This document shows, one piece after another, positions 35,862 through 38,600 of a stretch of 38,600 nt of DNA. The stretch spans positions 183,650,102 through 183,688,701 of the forward strand of contig NC_068982.1 of the NCBI RefSeq assembly GCF_001194135.2, in the 5' to 3' direction. Within the stretch, counting starts at the first letter, position 1. Every line of letters starts with the position of its first letter. Under the pieces are notes generated by a model that did no database searches, was not told the DNA's origin, and saw only the letters and a program-made list of their open reading frames with translations. This DNA is from Octopus bimaculoides (taxonomy: Eukaryota). Made by a program: the position numbers and the translations under genes.

Positions 35862-36363
35862 AATTTTAGATCAGTTAAAATAAGTTGAGATATATTTGAA
35901 CTTGTAAAAGCTTTTCACTGCAGTTTTGCAGTGGAGAAAAATTCTCGCTTTAGACAAGGTATTCAAAATACCGTAGTATCTCGGAACGCCATCTATGGAC
36001 TGGACTGGTCCTAAACATATTTGAACTGATATAACGTTGTTTTTTATTATTATTATTTTCAGTCACTGTTTCTCACGCATACCCACACTTTTGTTCTGCC
36101 CTGGCTGCCAATGCGTACAATCATTAAATGCTATTTCCTGATATCTTTTGATAAACTTTCCTGTCAGTCCAGAGTTGTCTCTCTTAGTATCTGGTACTGA
36201 GGTCGAAATACATCTACCAGCTCCTAGAGGGCACTCTGAGCCAGCTACACTGGTTTAACATCTCGTTGTATAATGCTAGAATGTTTCTCCCCGGCAAAAC
36301 TATAGTGAAAACCCTTTGCAAGTTCAAATATGTCCCAAAACATATTTAAACTGATCTAAAATT
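35862..36363. mobile_element. MITE-like element with ~85-bp imperfect terminal inverted repeats
   Basis: AATTTTAGATCAGTTAAAATAAG..ATATTTGAACTTG..TTTTCACT..GGAGAAA at 35862-35945 is the inverse of 36276-36363. A third partial terminus copy is at 36010-36034. Confidence 0.65.
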
Positions 36364-37710
36364 TGTTTATTTTCTGCTACTGCTTCGGGCATTTACCCAA
36401 TACATGCATGCATGCATGCATGCATGTATGTATGTATGTATGTATGTATGTATAAATGCATGTATGTATGTATTTACAAGTGTATCTATGTGTGTGTGTG
36501 TGTGTGTGTCTTGAAAGAAGATTTTCTTCAATCAATAATTATTAATTGTATAATAAAAATCTGAAAACAAAACATTCAGAATAATACAAATCTTTCGGAG
36601 AGAAGTTTTCTTTCCAACCAAAAAATTTGTCTCAAACTGTTTTGTCAAATAATTAATAAATTTTGATATTTTTTTTTAAATATTATGACAATATCAAGAA
36701 TTTTTTTCCAAGAGCTTATACGTGTGTGCGTATTGTGTGTGTGCGTATGCGTGTGTGTGCGTGTGTGTGCTCATGCATACATATAATTAGTTAGTGTATA
36801 TATATGTATATATAAATATGTATTATTTTCTTCTTTACTGCAAGTCACTGGAAAGCGAAGTAAGCAACTAGCAATCAACAGATATCTTCAAGCAACTACA
36901 AAGTATCTTAGCAGATACAAAAGAAAATGGGGAAAATGTCATGAGAATCGATATCAATAAGGTTATATCTTTCAGCGAATCAAAAAGGTAGAGATTTATA
37001 TGAAGCAGATGTTCGAGGAAAGACGCTCCCATCGTAGAGAACTCTTCTAAGAAGACGGGACAACAAAGGGATGAGAATTCATCGAAAGATATGTAACCTT
37101 AAGAAGAGGGCCAGAAGTAAGTTCGGCAGAAGAACGATTAATGAAGTATTTGCAGAATAATGATGAAAGAGTTATGTCCTGTTGATGAAAAAGTGATTAA
37201 AGGTTAACTAGCAAAGCAGGACCAGTATTGTTAGAAACTCTCTTTGTCCTTGACCAAGGAGGGAAGAAACACTGGTTCAGGTGCTTACCGAAATTTGACA
37301 ACAGTTCTCCATGCAAGAATTAATAATATTTTTAAAAAAATGCTTTTTAAAGATGAAGATTACAGGCATCTTTTGAAAAATAATGAGATGACTGGCTAGG
37401 GAGAAACAAGCTTCGCAGCCGTTGATCTAATAATGGTTCTAATATAATCATTCCAGGTGATGCCTTAAGAAACGTTAAGCCTAAAAAACAAAGACTGATC
37501 TCTTCTATAATAGCTCATCGCAACGTAAGCCTAGCTGGCCAATGATATCGTGTTGAACAACAGGCCATAGCAGATGCTATACTGTGGAGACTTCTATTCG
37601 ACATGATACTGAGGATCGAGCCAACGTGGGACAGCAGTTTCTGGTGCATCGTTGTGTGATGCATTTTGATTGCAACATTTTAAAGACACACATACATACA
37701 TACACATTAA

Positions 37711-37923
37711 GGCGGCGAGCTGGCAGAGACGTTAGCACGCCGGACAAAATGCTTAGGCGGTATTTCGTCTGTCTTTACGTTCTGAGTTCAAATTCCGCCT
37801 AGGTCGACTTTACCTTTCATCCTTTCGGAGTCGATAAATTAAGTACCAGTCATGTACTGGAGTCGAGCTAATCGACTGGCCCCCTGCCTCAAAATTTCGG
37901 GCCTTGTGCCTAGAGTCGAAAAG
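37711..37923 (+). mobile_element. tRNA-derived SINE family 2
   Basis: GGCGGCGAGCTGGCAGAGACGTTAGC (A box), GAGTTCAAATTCC (B box) and core GTCGACTTTACCTTTCATCCTTTCGGAGTCGATAAATTAAGTACCAG. Homologous to 3866-4063. Confidence 0.88.
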
Positions 37924-37984
37924 TATATACATACACATTTATACATAATATTCATTTATTTATGTTTATATCTTTTATAAACAT

Positions 37985-38362
37985 ACTAGTTTCAGTCAGT
38001 GAACCATGGCTATGCTGGGGAACTGCATTGAAAGACTTGCTCGAACAAATCGACTCCAGTACTTAATTTTTGTAGCTTATGGAGACGTAAACAAACCAGC
38101 ACTGGTCGTCAAGCAGTGGTAGGGTATTAACTCACGCACGTACACACACACACACATACACATATACACGACATGCACACACACACACACACACACACAC
38201 AAACAAACAAACAATACGACAGGCTTCTTTCAGTCTCTGTCTACCAGATCCATCAGAAGGCTTTGGTTGGCCTGGGGTTACAGCAGAAGCTACTTACCCA
38301 AGGTGCCACACGGTGGGACTGAACCCTAAATCATGTGCCTGGGAAGCAGCCCCGCCTGCGCC
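37985..38362 (-). mobile_element. tRNA-derived SINE family 1, diverged copy
   Basis: Shares ACGACAGGCTTCTTTCAG..TCTACCA, CCCAAGGTGCCAC..GTGGGACTGAACCC, CCTGCGCC and the GTTTCAGTCA tail with 16802-17357. Confidence 0.8.
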
Positions 38363-38600
38363 AATATATATATATATATATATGTGTCTGTGTGTGTGTG
38401 TGTGTGTGTATGCGTGTGTGTGTGTGTGTGTGTGTATGCGTGCACATATATATATATCCATATATACATACATATAAATACATACATATATATGTTTATA
38501 TATATTTATATATATATACATATAAACATATATATACACACACATACACATACATATATGTACACAATACACACACACATACAGACACATACACACATAA

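Noticed and set aside
36840-37650. Purine-rich plus-strand block resembling a decayed LINE ORF2
   Set aside because: No RT or endonuclease motif could be read with confidence; needs tblastn against Repbase.

Overview
Eukaryotic, AT-rich, non-coding (intergenic or intronic) DNA packed with microsatellites, with about 5.5 kb of N gaps, most flanked by (TA)n. The repeat style and SINE families suggest a cephalopod (Octopus-like) draft assembly; this is inference, not verified. No intact host protein-coding gene, rRNA, true tRNA or CRISPR array is supported. The recognisable content is decayed transposons. These include two R4/Dong-like non-LTR retrotransposons with RT, CCHC knuckle and restriction-like endonuclease (RLE) (~4.1-5.7 kb and ~17.36-18.87 kb). 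There is an internally deleted mariner fused back-to-back to a Helitron helicase 3' end, a mariner derivative built from two 5' ends, and a DD37D (maT) transposase remnant. There are also three tRNA-derived SINE families, several MITE-like elements, and a 323-bp-arm foldback palindrome. The most interesting hidden signals are minimal hammerhead-ribozyme-like motifs with non-canonical cores (7832-7868; 13019-13061 plus an inverted partner), a (TAA)n-centred insertion cluster at a Dong-like LINE tail, and a correctly spaced E-box/TATA/Inr promoter candidate at ~10.46-10.67 kb. All alignments and translations outside the ORF track were done by eye.
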